Source: Acholeplasma laidlawii PG-8A (GTDB lineage Bacteria > Bacillota_I > Bacilli_A > Acholeplasmatales > Acholeplasmataceae). From it: a stretch of DNA of 32,000 nucleotides. The notes beneath the pieces are model-generated. The model was not told where the DNA came from. It did not search any database and saw only the letters and a list, made by a program, of their open reading frames with translations. The stretch covers positions 870,001-902,000 of the forward strand of contig NC_010163.1 in assembly GCF_000018785.1 (NCBI RefSeq), read 5' to 3'. Position numbers and translations under genes: made by a program. Below are positions 1 to 8,163 of the stretch, piece after piece; the stretch's first letter is position 1, and each line of letters starts with the position of its first letter.

Positions 1-241
1 TGCATTAGTTAAATACTTTAAAAAGAATATCGTTTCAACCAATGTTGATGCCTATGTAGGTAAATCAGCAATAGTTATCAAAGAGATTTCACCCTTGACT
101 CGTGGTCAAGTAGATTTTGAACATATGAACTGGACCGCTATTTCATCAGAAGATATTGAAGTAGGAGCTACTGTTCGTATTCTTGCAATTGAAGGAAATA
201 AATTTATAGTAACTAAAATTAATAAGGAGGATTTAAATTAA
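1..241 (+). CDS. NfeD family protein, C-terminal part (5' truncated by window edge)
   Basis: Frame 2 reads ALVKYFKKNIVSTNVDAYVGKSAIVIKEISPLTRGQVDFEHMNWTAISSEDIEVGATVRILAIEGNKFIVTKINKEDLN*, an OB-fold-like NfeD tail (GKxAxxxxxxxxxGxVxxxGxxWxAxS), followed immediately by an SPFH gene. Confidence 0.8.
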   Translation, partial: ALVKYFKKNIVSTNVDAYVGKSAIVIKEISPLTRGQVDFEHMNWTAISSEDIEVGATVRILAIEGNKFIVTKINKEDLN

Positions 242-242
242 T

Positions 243-1166
243 ATGGAACCAGGACAAGTAGTATTAATTGTATTAGTTGTTGTACTAGGTGTACTTGCAT
301 TACTTGTAATATCAGGTGTGCGTATTGTTACACAAACTAAAAAGTACGTTGTAGAACGTTTAGGAGCTTATCACACAACATGGGGCGTTGGTATTCACTG
401 GCTTTTTCCATTTGTAGATAGAGTGGTATCTGTGGTATCACTTAAAGAACAAGTTAAAGACTTTGATCCACAAGCAGTAATCACTAAAGATAACGTTACA
501 ATGCAAATCGATACGATCGTATTTTATCAAGTTACAGATCCAAAACTTTATGCTTATGGTGTTGAAAACCCAATACTAGCGATTGAAGCATTATCTGCTA
601 CAACACTTCGTAACATCTTAGGGGATTTAGAACTTGATACTTCTTTAACCTCAAGAGATATTATCAACACCAAGATGCGCCACATCTTAGATGATGCTAC
701 TGATAAATGGGGTATTAAAGTAAACCGTGTTGAAGTTAAAAACATTATGCCACCTAAAGACATTAGAGACTCTATGGAAAAGCAAATGCGTGCTGAACGT
801 GAAAGACGTCAAACCATTTTAATTGCTGAGGGTGAAAAACGTGCTAAGATTTTAGAAGCTGAAGGTATTAATGAATCGATTATTTTAAAAGCTCAAGCGG
901 ATAAACAACAAGTGATTTTAAACGCGGAAGCTCAAGCAGAATCTATTCGTCAATTAAAAGAAGCTGAAGCATTAGGTATTAAGTTAATTAAAGAAGCTGC
1001 ACCAGATGCAGCTGTACTACAAATTAAGGCTTATGAAGCACTTGCTAAACTTGCTGAAGGTCAAGCTACAAAGATTGTAGTTCCATCTAATTTAGCCGAT
1101 TTAGCTGGTACAGTGACTGCATTAACTGAAGTTGTTCAATCAGGTAAAGAACCAACTAAAAAATAA
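243..1166 (+). CDS. SPFH/stomatin/prohibitin family (paraslipin/QmcA-like) membrane protein
   Basis: 307 aa ORF with N-terminal TM segment and SPFH motifs (VVERLGAYHTTWGVGIHWLFPFVDRV, ALSATTLRNILGDLELD, QMRAERERR). Paired with NfeD. Confidence 0.92.
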   Translation: MEPGQVVLIVLVVVLGVLALLVISGVRIVTQTKKYVVERLGAYHTTWGVGIHWLFPFVDRVVSVVSLKEQVKDFDPQAVITKDNVTMQIDTIVFYQVTDPKLYAYGVENPILAIEALSATTLRNILGDLELDTSLTSRDIINTKMRHILDDATDKWGIKVNRVEVKNIMPPKDIRDSMEKQMRAERERRQTILIAEGEKRAKILEAEGINESIILKAQADKQQVILNAEAQAESIRQLKEAEALGIKLIKEAAPDAAVLQIKAYEALAKLAEGQATKIVVPSNLADLAGTVTALTEVVQSGKEPTKK

Positions 1167-1179
1167 GTGGTAAATAAAT

Positions 1180-1212
1180 AAGGTACTGTTCAAAGTGAAC
1201 AGTACCTTTTAT
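1180..1212. terminator. Bidirectional intrinsic terminator between convergent genes
   Basis: AAGGTACTGTTC-AAAGT-GAACAGTACCTTTTATT perfect 12-bp stem. Confidence 0.85.
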
Positions 1213-2249
1213 TATGTATATAATATCTCTTCTATGACTTTATCATTTAAGGATTCAACAAATAGTTTGAGTAACTTTTTAGTATGAACTAAATCAGAAT
1301 AGTCTATCATTTGGTGATGTGAGTGTTTATTTTTGATTGGTATACCAATGGATAATGTTGCAGCACCTAATTTTGATAGTTGAAGATAATGACCTTCACT
1401 TAAAACTGATTGTTGGTGTGCTTCTTGATAAGGTATTTTATGTAGTTTGCACAAGTTAAGTACATAATTTCTTAGTCTTGGATGAGCAATTAAGCCTTGA
1501 TCATAAAAACTAATTACCGGTCCACCCCCTAATTTAATAAAATCAGGCATCGTGTGATCTGTACTATCCATGGTATCTAAACTGATAGCTATATCAGGTT
1601 CTACCATGTAACTTGCTGTTTTAGCACCTTTCATGTTCATCTTGTGTTGAACAGTAAATGCAGCATTAAGTGCTACTTTTAAGTTTTCTACTTCTTCTAA
1701 AAGTTCACTTAATACATAAACAGATGATCTCGTATCTAAAGCTTTTGAAATAAAACGGTCATTTTCTAGTGACTTAAATTCAGCATAACGCGTAACCATA
1801 TCACCGATTTGAATACCTTTATCAAATGCTTCTTTATCCGATTTAAAACCAGCATCTAAATAAAGTGTTTTAAAGTCTTCTACTCTAGGTAGTTCATCAC
1901 CTGCTTGATAGGTTAAAGGCTTACCAATTAATGTAGCTAAAAATGTTTTATCTTTGGTTGTAACTAAAAATAATTGGTTTAATGAGTTCTTAGCATGCAT
2001 ATAGCCAACATTTTGAAATTTAAGTAGACCTTGTTTGGTTACTTGAGTAACAATCATGCCCACTTCATCTATAGGTGCAGTGATTAAAACTTGTCCGCCT
2101 TCACCAGTTGATGCGACAACAGAGCCAAGTCTATCTTTCGTTATTTGACCTTTTAGTGAAGATTTTAAGTAACTAGTTACTTCAACTTCATTGGATGCAA
2201 TTGCATGTAATTGCGTTAATTTATTTAATTTTTCGATGTCTTTTTTCAT
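1212..2249 (-). CDS. M42-family aminopeptidase-like protein
   Basis: 345 aa ORF. ITAPIDEVGMIVTQV, DTMDSTDHTMPD, LGGGPVISFYDQG and IGIPIKNKHSHHQMIDYSD resemble M42 glutamyl aminopeptidase/endoglucanase motifs. Confidence 0.8.
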   Translation of the reverse strand: MKKDIEKLNKLTQLHAIASNEVEVTSYLKSSLKGQITKDRLGSVVASTGEGGQVLITAPIDEVGMIVTQVTKQGLLKFQNVGYMHAKNSLNQLFLVTTKDKTFLATLIGKPLTYQAGDELPRVEDFKTLYLDAGFKSDKEAFDKGIQIGDMVTRYAEFKSLENDRFISKALDTRSSVYVLSELLEEVENLKVALNAAFTVQHKMNMKGAKTASYMVEPDIAISLDTMDSTDHTMPDFIKLGGGPVISFYDQGLIAHPRLRNYVLNLCKLHKIPYQEAHQQSVLSEGHYLQLSKLGAATLSIGIPIKNKHSHHQMIDYSDLVHTKKLLKLFVESLNDKVIEEILYT

Positions 2250-2284
2250 TTATATGTCCATTCTAAACTGTTTTATGAGAATAA

Positions 2285-2441
2285 AATAAAAACCTAGGAA
2301 GGTGTTGGAATCTCTTATTTTTAAGTGGGAATTTCCTATACACATACGTTGGGATTCCAAGTGATAATTTGGCCTTCAACTCCAGTATGGTTTAACTCCC
2401 TAAAAGATATGTTTGGGTTCCACGGGTACTTCCTAGGCACC
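2285..2441 (-). ncRNA. Candidate structured small RNA (~155 nt) with own promoter and terminator; 6S-like architecture but class unproven
   Basis: Minus strand: TTGACA (2473..2468), 17-nt spacer, TAAATT (2450..2445). Then GGUGCCUAGGAAG ... CUUCCUAGG closing 9-bp perfect helix followed by UUUUUAUUUU, with nested helices (CAUAC/GUAUG, CCAA/UUGG, GUGGAA/UUCCCAC) forming a rod. Confidence 0.55.
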
Positions 2442-2444
2442 TTT

Positions 2445-2473
2445 AATTTACATCATTTTTTTATATTTGTCAA
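2445..2473 (-). promoter_or_regulatory. Sigma-A-type promoter for the candidate RNA
   Basis: TTGACA-N17-TAAATT on the minus strand just 3' of galU. Confidence 0.55.
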
Positions 2474-2492
2474 TGAAAATGGTTTCCACGTT

Positions 2493-3353
2493 CTAAATCT
2501 TTTTGCTTAAGATTTCATTCAAATCCTTTTTCAAGTCATCGCGTTTTAAACCAAAATCAATGATAGCTTCAATATAACCAATCTTTGATCCAATATCATA
2601 TCTTTTACCAATCATGTCAAATGAAAATACTTTCTCATAGTCCATTAATCTTAAGATGGAGTCGGTTAATTGAATCTCATTACCAGCACCTCTTTTTTGA
2701 TCTTTTAGTAATTGAAAGATTTTTGGAGTAAGTACATATCTACCAGAAATTGCTGAGTGTGATGGTGGATTTGATTTAGGTTTTTCAACAACACCTTCTA
2801 GTTCAACAATTGGTTTGACACTATCTTTTTTAGGTATACAAATACCATATAATTTGGTGTCTTCTAGTGGAACTTCCATGGTACCTAAAATACTGGATTT
2901 CTTATCATTATAAGCATCAATTAGTTGTAAAAGTGCAGGTTTTTCTTCTGATACATACACATCATCTCCAAGTAACACTGCAAACGGTTCACCATTAATG
3001 AATTTTTCTGCTTGTAAGACTGCATGACCTAAACCTAGTTGTTCTTCTTGTGTTGTGTAAAATATTTTTGCACCATAACTTGTATTTTTGATGAGTTTAA
3101 TATCATCAAGTTTATTTTTTTCTTTTAAGAATTGTTCTAACTCAACATTATGTTCAAAGTAAGATTGTATTGCCCCTTTATTGGATGAAATAATAATTAA
3201 TATTTCTTCTATACCTGATGCAACCGCCTCTTCAATAATATAACTTAATGCTGGTTTATCAATAATTGGTAGCATTTCTTTTGGAACTGCTTTAGTTATT
3301 GGTAAAAACCTTGTCCCCCAGCCTGCTGCGGGTACTACTGCTTTTTTAATCAT
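2493..3353 (-). CDS. galU: UTP--glucose-1-phosphate uridylyltransferase
   Basis: AVVPAAGWGTRFLPITKAVPKEMLPIIDKPALSYIIEEAVASGI and FAVLLGDD signature motifs. Confidence 0.96.
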   Translation of the reverse strand: MIKKAVVPAAGWGTRFLPITKAVPKEMLPIIDKPALSYIIEEAVASGIEEILIIISSNKGAIQSYFEHNVELEQFLKEKNKLDDIKLIKNTSYGAKIFYTTQEEQLGLGHAVLQAEKFINGEPFAVLLGDDVYVSEEKPALLQLIDAYNDKKSSILGTMEVPLEDTKLYGICIPKKDSVKPIVELEGVVEKPKSNPPSHSAISGRYVLTPKIFQLLKDQKRGAGNEIQLTDSILRLMDYEKVFSFDMIGKRYDIGSKIGYIEAIIDFGLKRDDLKKDLNEILSKKI

Positions 3354-4825
3354 CTTTGTTTCTCCCCTTCGTAATATACTAATATTCTAACGTATGTTGC
3401 TTGATAAATCATTGCGTTTAATAAAATGTCTCTTATCTTTTGTTCAATAGCAAAATTAGAGTTTGGTGTTTTAATAGATACTCTAGCTGCTAAATAATCC
3501 GAATCATCTAACTCTTCCATACGAGCTACATAATAATGCTTTGATAATTTCAAGATATCTTCTTTATTTTTAAATGAGAATATAATCGATATAATTAACT
3601 CTCTCTTGGTTACTTGTAATTCTTTTAATAAATTGGCAAGCGATAATGCTCTTGCAACAATATACTCTGTTTTATGAAAGAAAGTTTTCTCATAAATTTG
3701 TTTGTATTTATCATATACAATTTGTTCTTCAATATTTGTGTGTAGTATATTTTCTAAATAGTTTTTAAAATTTTGAGCACGCTTGGCATGTTTATGATAA
3801 AACTCAGTATATACATTCATTTCCTTACCATTGAAGGTATATGCAGTAATCATAAAGTGTTTTCTATTGGCATAAAACAGTATATCGTTTAGATGTTTAT
3901 GAAATTCATCTACATGAGTTTTGAATTTATAAATACCTACGATATTATACGTTTCATTATAAACAAGTGGCTCATAAAACTCATTGGCATAGACATGTCG
4001 TTGATCATCTGGATCATAATATTTATAGGCACTATATGCCACTCGGTTTAGTGATAAATATTTTTCATAGACAATATCTGTAATACCAAGTAGTGAAATG
4101 ATTACTGTAAAGATAACTTGTGATAGAAAGGATATAGGAAGTATCCATGCTGCAAATATAACCGGTAAGAATATAAACATTATAGCTGCTCTAAACATCG
4201 CTCTAAAGCCATTTTTATAGAGTATAAAGGTCAGGACGAATAAGGATGTTACACCATAGAAAGTAAAGACTTGTAAGGGATTATAGTTACTTAGATCAAT
4301 ATAGATATTCTTCAATTCATTAATAAACAAGAATATTGCAGTAAATAAGAATAGAATTGTAATTAATTGTCTAGTTTTTAAATACCAACTCTTAGTAAAT
4401 AACTTTTTAGTTTGAGGTAATCTAACATAGTTTTTCATTTCTTGGCGATATGCATAAAACGGCCAATATTTACCACGTATTGAAATACTTAAAGGTGCTG
4501 TGTCTGTCGGTATAAGTTTTGCTTCTAGATGTGTTTCAAAGTTTGATAATGGGTTTAATATAATCATAAGTGAACCAACAGCAATAATAGCTTGCTCATA
4601 GTCTGGTAAAATGATTAAACCCAATATAATGACTAATGAGTAAATTAACATTACTATGAACTTGGCGGTACCACTAAATAAGTATACAGAAAGTAGGACA
4701 ATGCTTATGGTTGCAAATACAGTATATATTAAAGAATAATCTAACTCCATCAATGGAAAAACAAGCATGAATGAGATCAATAACATTAAAATTAATATTA
4801 AACTAATTAACAATCTTCTTTTCAT
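3350..4825 (-). CDS. Conserved hypothetical polytopic membrane protein with ~200-aa cytoplasmic C-terminal part
   Basis: 491 aa with multiple hydrophobic helices. ATGA overlap with galU indicates translational coupling. Confidence 0.8.
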   Translation of the reverse strand: MKRRLLISLILILMLLISFMLVFPLMELDYSLIYTVFATISIVLLSVYLFSGTAKFIVMLIYSLVIILGLIILPDYEQAIIAVGSLMIILNPLSNFETHLEAKLIPTDTAPLSISIRGKYWPFYAYRQEMKNYVRLPQTKKLFTKSWYLKTRQLITILFLFTAIFLFINELKNIYIDLSNYNPLQVFTFYGVTSLFVLTFILYKNGFRAMFRAAIMFIFLPVIFAAWILPISFLSQVIFTVIISLLGITDIVYEKYLSLNRVAYSAYKYYDPDDQRHVYANEFYEPLVYNETYNIVGIYKFKTHVDEFHKHLNDILFYANRKHFMITAYTFNGKEMNVYTEFYHKHAKRAQNFKNYLENILHTNIEEQIVYDKYKQIYEKTFFHKTEYIVARALSLANLLKELQVTKRELIISIIFSFKNKEDILKLSKHYYVARMEELDDSDYLAARVSIKTPNSNFAIEQKIRDILLNAMIYQATYVRILVYYEGEKQR

Positions 4826-4934
4826 CTTAATCGCCCTTTATACGTTTACTTTCCTATCTTCTATTATATCAAACTTTGACTATAAATTGCCCAGGTAACT
4901 ATAAGTTAAATAGCAAATATTTAAAGAACTAAAA

Positions 4935-4963
4935 ATAAAAGAGACATATTTATTATGTCTCTT
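4935..4963 (-). terminator. Intrinsic terminator of infC-rpmI-rplT operon
   Basis: Minus strand AAGAGACATA-ATAAA-TATGTCTCTTTTATTTTT. Confidence 0.85.
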
Positions 4964-4986
4964 AAGTCAATTGTAAAAAAAATTGA

Positions 4987-5367
4987 TTATTTTACTTGAT
5001 ATTTAGCTGGATTAGCGATTGCATCTTTTGCTAATTCAACATATGAAGCAAATACTGTTGGTTCTGAAATTGCTAAATCTGCTAAAACTTTTCTGTTTAA
5101 TTGTACATTAGCAAGTGATAAACCGTGAATTAATTTAGAGTATTTAAATCCGTTTTGGACAGCTCCTGCATTAATTCTTGAAATCCATAATCTTCTAAAG
5201 TTTCTCTTGTTTTGTTTTCTATCTCTGTAAGCATACTGTAATGCACGCATTACTTGTTCGTGTGCTGTACGGTATAATGTTGATTTGGAACCAAAATAAC
5301 CTTTAGCTAATTTTAATATTTTCTTACGTCTTCTTCTAGTTACTGGTGTGTTTTTTACTCTAGCCAT
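4987..5367 (-). CDS. rplT: 50S ribosomal protein L20
   Basis: [67 protein letters not shown]. Confidence 0.98.
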   Translation of the reverse strand: MARVKNTPVTRRRRKKILKLAKGYFGSKSTLYRTAHEQVMRALQYAYRDRKQNKRNFRRLWISRINAGAVQNGFKYSKLIHGLSLANVQLNRKVLADLAISEPTVFASYVELAKDAIANPAKYQVK

Positions 5368-5381
5368 TTTCTAGTTCCTCC

Positions 5382-5582
5382 TTATTTCATGTTAGCAATT
5401 AAACGTTTGATTCTTTTAGCATCTGTAGCATGTACAGTTGTTTCTGCGCTTAATTGTCTATTTTGTTTTGTAGTTTTAGATGCTGCTAAGTGGTTTGAAT
5501 ACGCTTGATGACGCATTAATTTACCAGTAGCAGTGATTTTGATACGTTTTTTTAATCCACTATGTGTTTTTTGCTTTGGCAT
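5382..5582 (-). CDS. rpmI: 50S ribosomal protein L35
   Basis: MPKQKTHSGLKKRIKITATGKLMRHQAYSNH..., 66 aa. The upstream Met in the 78-aa track ORF is inside infC, so the start is trimmed to 5582. Confidence 0.96.
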   Translation of the reverse strand: MPKQKTHSGLKKRIKITATGKLMRHQAYSNHLAASKTTKQNRQLSAETTVHATDAKRIKRLIANMK

Positions 5583-5586
5583 GGTA

Positions 5587-6141
5587 TTATCCTCTTTCAT
5601 CTTTCTTTGCAGGTGCAATAATTGCTATAATCTGCATACCTTCTAGTTTAGGTTGTGATTCTACAACAACACCTTGTAGTAATTCAACAAATTTGTTAAC
5701 TTGCTCGAATCCGATGTCCTTGTGAGTAATCATACGTCCTCTAAAACGTAATGATACTTTTAATTTGTCACCACCATTAATAAACTTTTGAGCATTTCTT
5801 AATTTGGTGTCAAAGTCATGTTTATCAATTGTAGGTGATAACTTGATTTCTTTTAGCTTAACGATTTGTTGATTTTTCTTCATTTCTTTAAGCTTCTTTT
5901 GTTGGTCATAACGATGTTTTGAATAATCTAATAGTTTTGCAACCATTGGCTTTGCATTTTCAGGTGATACAACTAAAATGTCGATATCTCTTTCTCTTGC
6001 AATCTCTAATGCTTGTCTACGATCAAACGTTCCAAGTCTTTGACCTTCTTCATCAATAATTAAGAATTGTCCGTTTGGCAATGTCTCATTTACTAAGTCT
6101 GAGTTTTGTTTGGGTTTGAAGCCCATTTTTTGTGGTCTAAT
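5587..6141 (-). CDS. infC: Translation initiation factor IF-3, probable ATT start
   Basis: IF-3 sequence (LVNETLPNGQFLIIDEEGQRLG..., KVSLRFRGRMITHKDIG). AGGGAG Shine-Dalgarno sits 9 nt before ATT at 6141 but 24 nt before the first ATG at 6126. Confidence 0.9.
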   Translation of the reverse strand: MRPQKMGFKPKQNSDLVNETLPNGQFLIIDEEGQRLGTFDRRQALEIARERDIDILVVSPENAKPMVAKLLDYSKHRYDQQKKLKEMKKNQQIVKLKEIKLSPTIDKHDFDTKLRNAQKFINGGDKLKVSLRFRGRMITHKDIGFEQVNKFVELLQGVVVESQPKLEGMQIIAIIAPAKKDERG

Positions 6142-6311
6142 ATTTAACCACTCCCTTCGATTTTTATGCTTTGGTAAAATAATGAAAAAGCGCGTATATA
6201 TGAATATACCCGCTTTGCACTAAAATTCGAAATTAAATAAATGTTAGCGTGCTATTTACCCAAGGATGGACCATCAGGTGAGAGGGTATCTCTTCTTTTC
6301 ACAATATTACC
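6142..6311 (-). promoter_or_regulatory. infC operon leader, probable L20-type attenuator leader
   Basis: ~170-nt leader between a consensus promoter and infC, containing an internal intrinsic terminator. The genomic context matches the Firmicutes L20 leader. Confidence 0.65.
6182..6216 (-). terminator. Attenuator terminator in infC leader
   Basis: Minus strand AAAGCGGGTATAT-TCAT-ATATACGCGCTTTTT. Confidence 0.75.
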
Positions 6312-6317
6312 GTAGTT

Positions 6318-6346
6318 ATTATATATAATATCTACTCATTTGTCAA
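6318..6346 (-). promoter_or_regulatory. Consensus vegetative promoter of infC-rpmI-rplT
   Basis: TTGACA-N17-TATAAT, both hexamers perfect. Confidence 0.85.
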
Positions 6347-6372
6347 ACATATTTTGTATCTTTGATACCAAT

Positions 6373-8163
6373 TTACGCAAATTGTGACATAAAGAGTTCA
6401 TGATACTTGCCCTTTTGCTCCATTAAGCTCTCATGGGTACCTTTTTCAATGATATTACCTTTTTCAACTAGTAAGATGATATCAGCATTTCTAATTGTAG
6501 ATAGCCTATGTGCAATCACAAATGTTGTTTTATGCTTCATTAAGTTAAGCATAGCTTCTTGAATGTTGACTTCAGTATAAGTATCTACATTCGATGTTGC
6601 CTCATCTAAAATAAGCATTTGAGATTTACTTAACATCGCTCTTGCTATAACAATTAATTGTTTTTGTCCTTTTGAAATGTTTACACCTTCATCTGATAAG
6701 ACCGTGTCATATCCATTGGGTAGATGTGAAATATAGTGGTGTATACGTGCCTTTTTAGCGGCTTCTACTACCTCTTCAAATGAACAATCGCCATTACCAT
6801 ATTTGATATTATCCAACACTGTACCTTTAAATATCCATGTATCTTGTAACACCATTGAAAATGCACGTCTATAATATTTTCTATTAAACGACTCAATTGG
6901 TATACCATCCACTAAAATCTTACCTGAATTTATATCATAATATCTCATCATTAAATTCACGAGTGTCGTTTTACCAGCACCAGTTTGTCCAACAATAGCA
7001 ACTGTTTGACCAGGCTTTACATCAAAACTTACGTTTTGCAGTACCGGTCTATCTTCTACATATCTAAAACTTACATCATCAAATGTGACTTGGCCTTCAG
7101 TAATACCTGAATCTTTACCATCTAAGATATCTTGAGTCTCATCGTCTTGATCAAGTACATAAAATACGCGTTCTGCAGCAGCAAGTGCTGATTGAATATC
7201 AGCAACCAAGTTACTCATATGATTAATTGGTCCTGAAAAACGTTTAGAATAGAGCATAAATGCAGATAAGTCACCAACCATTATACGACCAAATAAGACT
7301 AATATGGCACCTGCAGTACCCACTAGTGCTGTACCAAAGTTGTTAATAAATAATACACCGGGTCCTGTAGTTGTTAAATAATATCCTGCTTCATAACTCT
7401 TTTCTGTTGTATCTTCATTTAAAATCTTATATCTTTCATAGACATTATCTTCTTGAACATAAGATTGAATTGTTTTTTGTGCGCTAATCATCTCTTCAGT
7501 ATAACCATTTAGTTGACCTAAACTCTTATTTCTAATTCTTAACTTCTTCTTAATAATTTTTGATAAGAAGGTTGTTAATAAGAAACTTAAAGGTATGGTA
7601 ATAAAATAGATAAGTAATAAAAGCGGAGATACGATTATCATCATAATAAAGGATACAACCAGTGTGATGGTTGATGTAATCAAACTAAGTGCATCAGATG
7701 AAAGTGATCCAGCAATCGTGTCAATATCATAACTCATACGAGATATGATGTCACCTGTTTGGTTTGTATCAAAGTACTTTACACTTACCGTTGTCATTTT
7801 ATTAAATAAATCAGTTCTAAGTTTAAAAACGACACTTTGGGACATTTTAACTAAAGCAACACTTAAGATATAATTCATAAGTGCTGAGGTTAGATAAAAA
7901 GAAATCATCAGTCCACCTAATAAAAATACTTCATTAAAATCGATATTAAGTCCATTATTCACTACGACCATCTCATTAATCATCTTACCTGTTAAGTAAG
8001 GCCCAATTAATGATAAAGCGTTTGATAATACGGTAAGGATAATACCTATAACTAATCTTTTCTTATAAAACGATAGATAAAACCATAATCTTTTTAGGGT
8101 TTTCTTTCTGTCTTTAGCAACATCTGAACCATCGTTTCGACCTTTACGTCCGCCCCGATTCAT
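6373..8163 (-). CDS. ABC transporter, TM-ATPase fusion (heterodimeric exporter subunit, BmrCD/LmrCD-like)
   Basis: N-terminal ABC TM region, GQTGAGKTT Walker A, VSKGQ-type signature (NISKGQKQLIVIARAML), ILDEATSNVD Walker B. Confidence 0.93.
   Translation of the reverse strand: MNRGGRKGRNDGSDVAKDRKKTLKRLWFYLSFYKKRLVIGIILTVLSNALSLIGPYLTGKMINEMVVVNNGLNIDFNEVFLLGGLMISFYLTSALMNYILSVALVKMSQSVVFKLRTDLFNKMTTVSVKYFDTNQTGDIISRMSYDIDTIAGSLSSDALSLITSTITLVVSFIMMIIVSPLLLLIYFITIPLSFLLTTFLSKIIKKKLRIRNKSLGQLNGYTEEMISAQKTIQSYVQEDNVYERYKILNEDTTEKSYEAGYYLTTTGPGVLFINNFGTALVGTAGAILVLFGRIMVGDLSAFMLYSKRFSGPINHMSNLVADIQSALAAAERVFYVLDQDDETQDILDGKDSGITEGQVTFDDVSFRYVEDRPVLQNVSFDVKPGQTVAIVGQTGAGKTTLVNLMMRYYDINSGKILVDGIPIESFNRKYYRRAFSMVLQDTWIFKGTVLDNIKYGNGDCSFEEVVEAAKKARIHHYISHLPNGYDTVLSDEGVNISKGQKQLIVIARAMLSKSQMLILDEATSNVDTYTEVNIQEAMLNLMKHKTTFVIAHRLSTIRNADIILLVEKGNIIEKGTHESLMEQKGKYHELFMSQFA

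Noticed and set aside
2325-2510. 61-aa plus-strand ORF
   Set aside because: Lies over the inverted-repeat RNA candidate and the galU 3' end; no ribosome-binding site or recognisable protein; the structured minus-strand element explains the region better.
5583-5618. Extended N-terminus of L35 (MHLQRKMKEDNT) in the track
   Set aside because: Overlaps the infC 3' end and is absent from L35 family proteins; the MPKQKTHSG start is canonical.
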